From the NCBI GenBank assembly GCA_964188305.1, contig OZ076885.1: 64,000 nucleotides of DNA. The stretch is one strand, 5' to 3'. Origin of the DNA: Podarcis bocagei (lineage: Eukaryota). The position numbers and the translations under genes were made by a program. Below are positions 39,120-50,459 of this stretch, one piece after another (within the stretch, counting starts at the first letter, position 1; each line of letters begins with the position of its first letter). Under the pieces are notes generated by a model that was not told the DNA's origin, did not search any database, and was given only the letters and a program-made list of their open reading frames with translations.

Positions 39120-41168
39120 TTTTTATTTGTACCCCGCCCATCTGGCTGGGTTTCCCCAGCCACTCTGGGCGGCTTCCACAGAAACCAAAAAACACTAAAA
39201 TATCATACATTAAAAGCTTCCCTGAATAGGGCCGCCTTAAGATGTCTTCTGAATGTCAGGTAGTTGTCCATCACCTTGACATCCGATGGGAGGGCATTCC
39301 ACAGGGCGGGCGCCACCACCGAAAAGGCCCTCTGCCTGGTTCCCTGTAGCTTCGCTTCTCGCAATGAGGGAACCGCCAGAAGGCCCTCGGCGCTGGACCT
39401 CAGTGTCCGGGCAGAACGATGGGGGTGGAGACGCTCCTTCAGGTATACTGGGCCGAAGCCGTTTAGGGCTTTAAAGGTCAACACCAGCACTTTGAATTGT
39501 GCTCGGAAACGTACTGGGAGCCAATGTAGGTCTTTCAAGACTGGTGTTATGTGGTCTCGGCGTCCGCCCCCAGTCACCAGTCTAGCTGCCGCATTCTGGA
39601 TTAGCTGTAGTTTCCGAGTCACCTTCAAAGGTAGCCCCACGTAGAGCGCATTGCAGTAGTCCAAGCGGGAGATAACTAGAGCATGCACCACTCTGGCCAG
39701 ACAGTCCGCGGGCAGGTAGGGTCTCAGCCTGCGTACCAGGTGGAGTTGGTAGACAGCTGCCCTGGATACAGAATTGACCTGCGCCTCCATGGACAGCTGT
39801 GAGTCCAAAAGCTGTGAGTTCTGCCTTGTCCCTCTAATCTGGCCTGCTGCTTTATGTGCAGTGCAAGAAGCTATCCCATCACCCCTGGTGCTGAAGGAAA
39901 ATTAATCTGCATGTCTGGTCAGCTGTTTAAAATTTGCTTAAGTAGCCACGCACAATGCATCATTGCCTCATATATCTGTGCTGTTTCTTACAGAGCACTA
40001 TGATGATGTCACACTAAAAAGGCAGGCTCTGTGTCATTTCTGATGTATGTTTCTCAACAGCTCTCATAATGCTTTTTCAGCGTCTAGGCCAGTGCAGTTT
40101 AGCTATTTTTCTCCAATTGCAGCTGGAGGTAAGCATTTAATGCAGGGTTAGAGAACCTGTGGCCCTCCAGAGAAATTGCTGGGCTCCCACCAGCCCCAGG
40201 CTACATGGCCCATGGTGAAGGATGGTGGGAGCCACAGGTTTCACATCCTTAGACTAGGCCATACTTACCCTGGAAACAAATATGACATTATAATGCCACA
40301 GCATGTGATAAATGAGCTCACTATTATGTTAGATTGTTGAATTGTTACTTATCACATGTTCATTCCTTCAAGTTTTTCAGTGACTTTGCTCTGTGACCCC
40401 ATGGATGCCAATCTGGACATTGGACTGTTGTTTGCAGTCAGCTTTCTTGAGAAATCCATTGTCCGGAATTCACGGATTGCTGGGAAATGGGGTAAAGAGG
40501 AAAAGACCATTCCCTACTTCCCATTTACAACAGGGGAGTCATTTAAGGTAATTTTACTTGCTAGTATGGGAGACAGATATATAGACATAGATATAAACTG
40601 CCTAAGACCCTCTGGCCCAGTATTGTCTCCTTTGACTGACAGCAGCTCTCCAAGGCCTCGGGCAGATTTTCTCTTTCAACTCTTCTGATCATCTAACTAT
40701 AGGTGCTTGGAACTAAAGTTGTAGTCGTGTTTGTAATAAACATGTCCTCTATTTGCTCCATCTGTATTTACAGGATCAAAAGACCATTTATTTATTTATA
40801 AAGATATTTCTAGACTGTCAAGTCATAATAAAATATGGTTGCCATTTAAGTAGGGTAGATCTTCCAGTGTAATATTTCCAATTGATTTTCAAAAGCATCT
40901 ACGCATAATCAAGTCCCATTGAAATCAATAAGCTTTCGACTCATTACTTTGTGGGCGCCCAACTTTATTGGGATTGCTGTCAGTCTCTGCCCCTGCCACC
41001 CATGGATCTCCTTTGTTTTTTCAGATGGAGCTCTTGTGTGAGCATCAGCAGATTCGGGTTTTGCTTGATGGACGTCAGCTCTGCAGTTTCACTCACCGTG
41101 TGCAGCCTATGCAAAGGGTGACAGCTTTACAAATCTCCGGAGACATCAAGCTCACCAAAGTGGCTTGA
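34948..41168 (+). CDS. Galectin-related protein (LGALSL/GRP-like paralogue), 4 coding exons, 144 aa
   Basis: Exons 34948-34974, 38254-38342, 40373-40547 and 41025-41168 join in frame (27+89+175+144=435 nt). Motifs GEIKGGLRP, RNSRIAGKWGKEE..IPYFPF..F, ELLCEH, FTHRVQ..ISGDIKLTKV resemble LGALSL but are clearly divergent. Confidence 0.88.
37084..37404. mobile_element. hAT-type MITE with internal ~65-bp duplication
   Basis: CAGGGGT..CAA / TTGCCTACCCCTG; 8-bp TSD GTCTAGAG; repeated unit at about 37187-37250 and 37258-37320. Confidence 0.85.
37903..38097 (+). mobile_element. tRNA-derived squamate SINE (relatives on minus at ~10245-10395, ~21965-22142, ~28905-29080)
   Basis: tRNA-like head TAGCTCAGT..GTAGAGC..GGTCCCAGGGTCAAACCCC followed by a body shared among copies. 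Confidence 0.65.
38254..38342 (+). CDS. Galectin-like exon (89 nt), GC donor
   Basis: VEKYVGEIKGGLRPTMKITIMGVICPAPK; acceptor cccccattag, donor GAG|GCAAGT. Confidence 0.85.
39073..39810 (-). mobile_element. 5'-truncated L2/CR1-group LINE, ORF2 C-terminus + 3'UTR + (ATT)n tail
   Basis: Open 201-aa frame with ISRLDYCNALYVGLP..LQLIQNAAARL..LHWLPV..RAFSVVAPALWNALP; GC stem-loop 3' end; microsatellite tail 39074-39118. Confidence 0.92.
40373..40547 (+). CDS. Galectin-like exon (175 nt), central CRD exon
   Basis: FSVTLLCDPMDANLDIGLLFAVSFLEKSIVRNSRIAGKWGKEEKTIPYFPFTTGESFK. Confidence 0.9.
41025..41168 (+). CDS. Galectin-like last exon (144 nt to stop)
   Basis: MELLCEHQQIRVLLDGRQLCSFTHRVQPMQRVTALQISGDIKLTKVA*. 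Confidence 0.92.
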   Translation: MELLCEHQQIRVLLDGRQLCSFTHRVQPMQRVTALQISGDIKLTKVA

Positions 41169-41524
41169 AGAAAAGAATATATAATCCCCTATCTCTCCTT
41201 GGTTGGTGAAGAAATGTTCTCCTTATGCCATTGGATATTGTTCCTTACTTTTGCTCTTATGTGTGCTTCTTGAGATTTTAAATGAAGGCTGAGCTCTATA
41301 AATAGCCCTATTATACCTTGATAAGTTGCAGCAATATATTTCGATGTGCATTCTTTTCAAGCTGCAGCACTTTTGTCTATGGCTGTTTACACATCACCAG
41401 CTTAAAACTCAGATTCTTTTTCTCAATTCAGATTGAAGCTGGATTGAGGAGAAACGCATCAAAACACAGTATTTCATAAGAAATGACAGGGTAGATTTGA
41501 AGCGTAGCTATCATCATGTGTACA

Positions 41525-41721
41525 AAATAAAAAAAGTTAGTTCTTGGTATGAGCTTTCATGTGCATGCACACTTCTTCAGATACCATGCACACGAAAGCT
41601 CATACCATGCACACGAAAGCTCATACCAAGAACTAACTTAGTTGGTCTTTAAGGTGCTACTGGAAGGAATTTTTTTATTTTGACTATGGCAGACCAACAC
41701 GGCTACCTATCTACTACTGGA
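41525..41721. mobile_element. Penelope-like element end fragment with inverted arm
   Basis: Reptile PLE-type terminus (..taaggtgctac..accaacacggctacc, recognised from memory), inverted arms, 21-bp tandem repeat, 12-bp TSD ATCATGTGTACA at 41513-41524 and 41722-41733. Confidence 0.75.
41546..41585 (-). ncRNA. Minimal type I hammerhead ribozyme motif (PLE-associated)
   Basis: Minus strand GGUAU-CUGAAGA-A-GUGUGCAUGCACAU-GAAA-GCUC-AUACC. Confidence 0.65.
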
Positions 41722-43766
41722 ATCATGTGTACACTATTTCCTAAACCAGCAATGGGAGGATGTAGAGTTAATGAGACTATGTACACAGCCTATAATAAGC
41801 TACCATATAGTAAAAGGCAGCACATATGTAGTTGTACTTTTTTCTAGCTGTACATCATCTGATCTGAAGCATTTCTGGTGTGGACAGTCATGCAATGACA
41901 ACATGAAGAAAACAATGTGGTGAGAAAAAGGAGCATTCCTAATAAATCAGTCCCTATTCCACATCATGTGCATGCCCCCAACATAAGGGTGGATCAGACT
42001 AGGAAGACAGGACTTTACATGCACCTTTTCCCTAACAGTTGCATTTTAAGAAGCCAATATACAGAATTTCTATGAATTAGTCTCAAGGTCTCATCAAGCT
42101 TTCCTATGTGAAGGGGATGGTGAATGTGGACTATAGCTCTCATCATCCCTGACCATTGGTTATGCTGACTGGGGCTGAAAGAAACTGGAGTCTCACAACA
42201 TCTGGAGGGCAACAGATTCCCCATTCTTGCTATATGACTTCAGAGAAAACACACAGAATTCTCTGTGGGTGCATTTGGGATCTGGGCAAATGTTTTGGTA
42301 TGAAAGGTTGGATGCACAGAAAATAGTAATTTCCAAAACTGAGTGGGAGGGTTTCATATTATAGTGTTTAAAAATATATGCTCAGGCTTGAACCGGCAGC
42401 CAAACGCAGCAACTCTGCACATCATCTTTCCCTCTGGTTGTGACTGTTGAGTTTTATTATATAAAGTTGTTTTCCACAAACAACCAAATCCATAGGCCAA
42501 CTTTATGCTTGTCAGCAAGTCTCTTGTGCTTTTGAAATTATTAACATTTAAAGGCATACCACAAGTGGCTCATCACTGTTTATTTTATTTTTTAAAAAAC
42601 TTTTTTTGCAATTTTACAGCTACAGAATAAATAAACAAATCGGAAATACAAACAAATCATAGAAAAGATCATACAAAAAAAATATGGAAGATCATTAAAA
42701 CATACCCCAAATATCACTTTTAAATATGGTAATTACCTTCTGCGAAACCTGTGTCAGAGCTTCTTAAGTGTTTCATGGGACATTTTTACTTAAAAAGAAA
42801 ATACTATATTTGGCATGCAGTTCAAACTGCAGGAGTTACCCATCTTGAGACATCTAGCCTCATTATCCTCTACGGAAATTAATTTCCCACAGGTAAAACA
42901 CAACATAAAAAATATTGGACCTGCCATTTCCCCCTTTCCTCTGCCTTCTGGCAGAAGGTACTTCTGCTTGTAAGAGGTGAACTGTTCTCAGGAACTCAAA
43001 CTGGCCAGTGGGCTCTATACATGAACTTTCATATGGTCATACACAAATAGGCCAGCTTAAAAATGTATAATATGCTATAAAAAAACAGAACTGAAGCTTA
43101 AAACCATCTAAAAGCTGGCAATGAAATTGGGAGGAATTCAGTGTTGCGCTATGATGAACCTTCCATTTGTACAAGTATTTCATCTTGACAGGCAGAACAG
43201 TTTCCCCTGCTCTTCTCCCTCTGCATGCTATTCTGGGTGTTCTCTGGACACCCCCCCCCCTAGGCAACTTCAGGGGGAATGGGAGGAGGAAAGGAGAAAG
43301 ACCCATTGCACAAGTGGGAATCCTTATGCAGGGCTTCTGCTGATGGGGCTTGTTAGGCGAATCCCATCCTATATCCTTCTGGGCTGTAAAGGTGAATGGA
43401 AACGGATGGCAGAGGTCCAATTCAATTTCCAAGCTTGATGTCCCCATTCTAGGTTTGTCCAATTCTGTGTCATGTGATTTAGCTTTACTCAGATGAATGT
43501 ACCTGGTTCAGAATTCCCAAAATGATTCTAGGAAAATGAGGCATAAGTATTGTGGACCACATACAGGAACTGACTTTTTTAAAAATCTGAATGTACAAGT
43601 CTTCAGATACGGAAAGTGTGGTAAAGGCCCGAGTAGATTTGTTGGATGCAGGATTTATGTTTGGCTGAAACAACTCACTCGTGCATCTCAAAAACCAACC
43701 ATTATATTACCCCCAAAGCGATGATCCAAGTCAATGGTTTTGTCCACATAAGAAATTTGCAAATGT

Positions 43767-43894
43767 CTATGTTAGCTGTTTGATGGCTTCAATCCAGCTT
43801 GCCCTCTCTGCCTTGGAACTGGCCTGTATAAAGTAGTGAATGTCATTCTTTGTTATGATTTTGAAGAGGTTGCCCTGCACATTCCCTTTCACTC
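43767..43894 (-). CDS. PLEK2: PLEK2 exon 9
   Basis: VKGNVQGNLFKIITKNDIHYFIQASSKAERASWIEAIKQLT*. Confidence 0.95.
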
Positions 43895-46800
43895 CTGCAA
43901 CAAAAAGGAAAAGGGAGGGGAATGTTAGCAAGGTGCAGGGACAACACAATTGCTGCAGTAACAGCAAAATCTCACAAGGGAGAGAGTTTGATAACTCAAC
44001 ACAGTTTTGCTTTTGTTGATAAAAGAGTGTACCACTGCATTGATATGAATACAGGCTTGGATCTGGATCCAGCTAACCCGGTGTGCTAGCAGAAGCTAGT
44101 GCAAGGGCTCCCGCTAACACAGTGGGTTTCTTCCCCCTCTTGTCTGCCTGAACACCCACACACCTTGTCCAAATCCACTTTGGAGGGTTGAGAGAATTCC
44201 TAGAACAGCAGGAGGGGAAAGGGCGTACCATTTCATCTGAAAAGCAGAAATGCTTGCACGGATCAGAAGAGTGATGTGATGTTGAATTCTTCCCTTTATC
44301 TTTACATGGCCTCCCATCCACCCAAGTGCCATGAAAGGCCAAAAAAGCAACACTTATTTTCTCCATACTATACTGTCCTTAATCTGGCGATATGGCTGCT
44401 TGAGCCAGCTATTTATAATCAAGAGAGCTACAGCCAGTCCTATTGTCACAGTTTTTCAAGGTGCCCTAATTGGTGTTCAGACTGGAGAAGGGGCAAACAG
44501 GGCCTGGCCCCCTGGCCTTTATGACAATTTCCTAAACTACTGTTTTTGGAAACCTACTGGGGAGGTGTGATTTGACTAAAATAGTAGGGTGCAGAATTTA
44601 TGGATTTCATTACGCCCACCACCATTACCACTTAATCTCCCATAACTGGGAGCCCAGGCCCTAATATCTGAAATGGCTTCAGCTTTCCCAGTGTAAGCAG
44701 CTGATTCACACTAAACTTTATTCATAAACAAGAAAGGAACACGTGAAGAGCTCCACAACCAAAGGAACTGTTATGTTCATACTTGCCTGTTGGGACTCCA
44801 TTATCTTCCAATGCTGAGACAAGGCAACCACGGAGAGAGAATCCCCCAACTGGTCGGTTATCTTCCTATGGTGGGTGGAAAGAGTCCAAATGGAGAAGTA
44901 AGGAATATGAATTATATGTTCTATGCAACACATTTTATTTTGGCAAGACATGCAGTAGCTGGCCACATCAGCACAACATGAATCTTGTCCCAGCCTGTTC
45001 CTCTTTGGGATAGGCCTCTGGAGGTTCTAGGTGTTAATTATGTAAAGAGGTAGTATCTTAATTTAAAAAATTATACATGTCTTCCTCCAAAGTGTTTTAA
45101 TAACAGAGTTGAATTCTAAAGACAAGGGGGGAATTATAGGAACCTAGGAAGCTGTCTTATACTGCATCAGACAGTTTGCCCATCTATTATTTATTAGTTG
45201 ATTCCATTTATGAATTGCCTTAATAAAAACATTATCTAGGCAACATACACAGCAAGATCAAAAAACCAACACATATTATATAATTCAATGAAATCATAAA
45301 TAAATTGATAAAATCAACCCAGCAGTGTTATAAATCCAATCTAGATCAACACAGGCTGTGAATTATACCTTTGAAGCATATTTTCCCCCCTCAAATAATT
45401 CTGGGCACCGTAGTTTCTTAAGGGTTTCTGGAAATTATAAATCTGTGAGGAGTAAATTGCGGTGCCCAAAATTCTTTGAAGGAAATGAGCTTTAAATATA
45501 TGGTGTGCACACAGCCACAGACCAAACTCCAGCAACCAACCTAATTAGCATAACAACAAAACACAGCGCCATGTGGCCTTGCCCCTACAATTGAGGGAGC
45601 GGGGGAACGAAATGCACACACACCCCAGGATGCCACATTTGTTGACCACAAGAGGTTTAGTTTCAGCCTCACATGATTCTAACTTAAGCACAAAAAAATT
45701 CAGATCTATTTTACCAAAAAGTTACACACAAGACATGAGATAGTTTATGTACTGGGAGTCCACCATCTCACCTTTGTGGGGTCATAATAGTGTAGGAAAG
45801 CAGGGTCAGCCCTCAGGACAAAGCGCCTCACCTTCCAGTTTTTCCTCTTGTGTCCCTAAAAGTTGAAAAGATTAATAGATCCATTTCACCTTCCATTTCT
45901 CAGTTTGTCCTTCTGAAATGGCCTGTAGATCTGCATACACTGAGACATTTCTCGTTATCTGTTTTACCACATTTTATCTTCACAGCAGCCCTGTGAAACA
46001 GGTTTAGCCCAGAGGAATATTGTCATAGCCAAGTAAGTTAGACAAAGAAACATTGTCGGAGGCAGAATTGAAGTCATTGTGCATTTTGCTAAGCCACTAC
46101 ATCAACTTCCTTTCCTAGCTCAAACAATTAAAGACAGAAGTTTCTGAATAGCAACTGTAGGCTAGATTCAAATGCTTGTTTTTGAGAACCAAATTTGCTT
46201 CAGAATCGGAATATAATAATGTACACATTGGGACCGCTGTTTCATAGAAGATCTGATTTTAGTGCAAATTATTTTGGAATTCTGCTGAGAATGACAATTC
46301 AAAAGGATCACCTGGCGCACAAATCCTTGTGGGGGATTCTATTCACCAATCACTTCACAATGGTCTCTTAATTCCATTTTAACTTTCAGTGCACTGAAGT
46401 GTGTGGGGGAACAACCTGATTTACAAAACTATTTGAAATCAGTATAGATAGTTCTGTGTCGGGGCGGGGGGGGGGGCGGGAATCAAAGGCTTTCCTGGTC
46501 AGAAAATTGTTTTTTCTGATTATGATTTGAACAGCATTCCTTATGTCACACAGAAAGCTAAACCATACATTTACATTTAGAAATATCACAAGGCCCAGGG
46601 CTTTTTGTGTTGTACCACATCAGGTGAAAGATTGTGTTTCTCAATTATTCTCCACCTCAAACATTATTTGCTAAAGGAAAGGTAGCATATCTGCAAGAAG
46701 GATTCCAGTTAGTGTACTAAAAGCATATATATATTTCCTACTGAAGTATTAGGCATAGAACACCACATTTTTCCCCTATACATTTGGTCCTATGTGCACT

Positions 46801-49800
46801 CTTTTGCAACACTGTTCATGTGATTGTGATCTTAGGGTTGTATTCAACAGTACGTCAGCAGACTTCACTTCTCCTCTCTCTCCTCTCCTCATGTGCCCCC
46901 CCCCTCAGATCTACTCCAGATCCTCCCCCAATGCACTGGAGCAGTTTTCGAGGGTGGGCACGAGCAGAAGAGGAGAGAGAAGTCCCATTGGACAAGTGGA
47001 AGTTTATTGTACAAGCAGATACAACCCATATTATTTAATTTTATTACCCAACTTTCTTCTTTAAAAGGAGCTTAAGAAGACACTAAATACAGCATTGCCC
47101 AGTCTCCCATTCTCCACTTGCCAACATGATTCAGAAGTCATGGTTACCTGTTTTATTAAAAATCCTTGTTTTAAAATGGTGCCACTCAGTTCAATAATGT
47201 TAAGATGAATATTTTCTTTGGAGGTGGTTCTCTTCTTATAGTTTTCCGCCTGCAATAAAAATTAAAGATATTGGGGAAATTGGGGGTAGCGGTAGCAAAA
47301 CGAGTACAAAATACAGAAGCGTTCCTTTCCTCCTTTAACATGGAACTTTTCATTTCTCAGTCATAGAAATTTCCATCTTCAAAGCAGTTTTTTTGCCAGA
47401 CACAATAAACAGCAGGGATGGTCTCAGCACCCAGTATCCTCAGGCAGTTGGCAGGACCCCAATGCTCTTAAAGTGCCCACCGCTACTGATGTCACCCCTA
47501 GGCAGGTGGCTCACAACCACCCATTGCAGGTCTCAGCACTGCTGCCACCACTCCCAGCAAATAATGCTGCGGGAGAGGCCCAGAGGGCCTTTTGCTGCCC
47601 CCTCACTAATAAACAGGCACAGAAGTGCATAAATTAAGTTTCATTATGGCAGCTACAATGAGCTGTTCCCATATTGCATCCAGATAAACGCCAAACTGTT
47701 CCTGTTGCACGTCCACACCCAACCCAAAGTCCAACTACAGTATTAGTCAGATATAACTTGGAAAGCATTAGAAAGATTTTGCCCAAGTTATCTTTTGGCC
47801 TGATTTTCATTTGCTGCAAATCTCTCCTATCAGTCTCTCCAATGCGTATGCACACTGTGCCCCCGTGTTTTTTTAGTGTCCTCATTTGCAGAAAGGAGAC
47901 TTCCAGAAATCCCATCACTTACAAATGTGTACAGAGCTGTAGAGTCATCCAAAAACTGCTCTGTCAAATCACCATTCCTCATGGCTTCAACACTGCGGGC
48001 TCCCACAGGCTTAATGAAATTTTCGTCCACCAACACAGAGGCCAGGGTGACAGCCTCTAGACGGGAGGCTGCAAAGCTATTGGAAATCAGCCAGTCAACC
48101 AGCACAGAGCCTGAAAAGAATAAAGGCAAAAACAGGTGAGCAAAAACAGCAAACAGCCAGTCAATTCCCATGGAAGGTAGAGGTTTTTAGTACTCATCCT
48201 CTAACAGAGAAATGAGTCTTAAATTGTAATCTAACCTGACTGAAGAGCAGACATTTGCACGCACATTTTCATAAACTTGGCAGGTAGCACTGTCTTTCTG
48301 GATAACCTCATTCTAGACCAGCCCAAGACACTTTGCAGCCAAAGGGAACCCTTTCAACTCTACAATTCTATGATTCTGTGAAGCGCGCACACACACAATT
48401 CACAAATGATACCTAAAATTAGAGGTGTTTGGGCTCTAGACTGTATTTTCCCCTTACATTTTAATCTTTCCTTTCCTTTAAGGAGCATAGTACAGTGTAG
48501 ACGGGTCTCCCTCTTTCATTTCATCCTCATCACAGCCCAGGGAGGTAGATTAGGCTGAGACGCCATGATTGGCTCACAGTCACCCAGTGAACTTCACGGC
48601 CAAGTAGGGAATTGAACCCAAATCCCCTGGTCCTAAAGCAATTCAGGAGTAGCCAATGTAATGCGTAAGTACCTCCATCTAATCACCAGCATGTGAGGTC
48701 TGGCTGTAGTTACTAGTGGGAGAGAAATCACTGAAGATGTGCTCTTATCGTTCATGTCCCAGGGCTGTGCCCTAATAATGAAAACAAGGTTCTGAAGCTG
48801 CACCATGGTGGGCCCTGGGAGAAAACAACATTCCTTTGCATCAGATTATATTGAAGTACTAGGAGGCTAATAACATGCGGTTTGCCTACCTGTAAAACTT
48901 TCTTTATATGTGCTGCCTTGTTCTGTGTTGGGTGTGAGCTTAATTCCACTGCTGCTGTCATGCATTTTGTCCACAATGTGACTGGAAAAAAACCAGCAAA
49001 AAGGTTAATGTTTAAGAAAACAGAGAATCCGGTTTTGTGAGGGGACTCAAATCCCTCTGTCTCAATTCATACAGCCAATAAAGAGCACAGTTTCGATCGA
49101 AAGTACCTCAGGCATGAGTGGAAGGCAATTCCAGTTACACACAGGAGAGTACCATTGATTTCTGTCCCTTCAGTCCTCTATCCTTGATTCAATCAAGTAG
49201 TGGCGTAGTGGGGGGGGGGCATGGGGCAATTGCCCTGGATGCACAATTGGGGGTGGCAGGCGAACCAGACTGGGGAATGCGGGGGATGATATTCACCCTC
49301 CACATGTCCCTCCACCGCCTGTGAGTGCCTGCCCGGTGGCGGTGGCAAGGGCCAGATGAGCATACTCTACACCTGCCCTGGGTGCTGGCAAAGAGCACTA
49401 TGCCCTTGCTTGAATGCATCTCATTCTATGTTGCTGTCAAGTAAGCTCACTCTTGGGACTATATTCCAGTGGGGTCCCTCTTTAGATGGTAAGGCGTATT
49501 ACTTCACTTCAAAATGCGGTAAACCAGCCTTGCTGCCTTTGGGGGTCCTCCTGGTCATTCTATGAAGTGGGGCTGTGAGCTTCTGCCCCAAAGTCCTGCC
49601 CGGATGGCACCCACTGTCCAGAGAGTCCCCTGAGCCTCAGGTCTATAAAAACATAATAGCAGCCCTGCAGAATCAGACCAAACGTCAACCTAGTCCAGCA
49701 TTTATTCTCCTGCAGTAGCCAAGCAGATGGCCATGGGGAGCCCACAAACTTCTTCTCCTTAACACCCATGAGTGGTTAGCCCAAACAAACCTTGGCTACA

Positions 49801-50410
49801 ACTTATGGTTTGTCTGAATTGAGACAAACCACAATCTTGGATTCAGACATAATGTTAAACTAAACCATGGCTTAGCTTCAGGTAGCACAGCAGCAGAACT
49901 AGGGGAGAAGTGAAGCAGCCATGACATTTGCTATGAGCATGTTCACATTTAGCCACAGTCTGGCTTAGTGTTATATACAAACTGGGCTACACACACCCCA
50001 CAAATTGCAGGAAAGCAGATGGAGGCATTATTTAACACTTACTTCAGGCTGATATTTGAGGGCAGTTTGAAGGAATTTTTCATGCGGTGAAGTTGCTGGA
50101 CTTGCACTGGGTTGCCAGCATGAATAGCACCAGTTATATCCAACGCCCAGGCATCACGCTCTTCTCGAGAGCAGAAATCGAGGAAATATTCTGTGTTTGT
50201 TTTTGTCTTCAGTTTAATGACCAACTACAAATAAACCCACAAGAAACAACATTACATTATTTGCTAGAAATTATCAGTGCATCACTCAGAAATATTTACT
50301 GAAATTTGAGAGATCTTGAACCGCTTTGCCTTTCTGGTGATAAACAGATGTGATCAAACATTTTCACAGGTAAAACTACATGATAAATCTACCTGTGTTT
50401 TATTTATCAC

Positions 50411-50459
<49 letters not shown>

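Noticed and set aside
38889-39263. Poly-Asn / poly-Tyr ORFs
   Set aside because: Translation of the LINE (AAT)n tail
41586-41627. Direct repeats as a CRISPR-like array or plus-strand hammerheads
   Set aside because: Only two abutting 21-bp units with no spacer, in eukaryotic DNA; they lack the CUGANGA core
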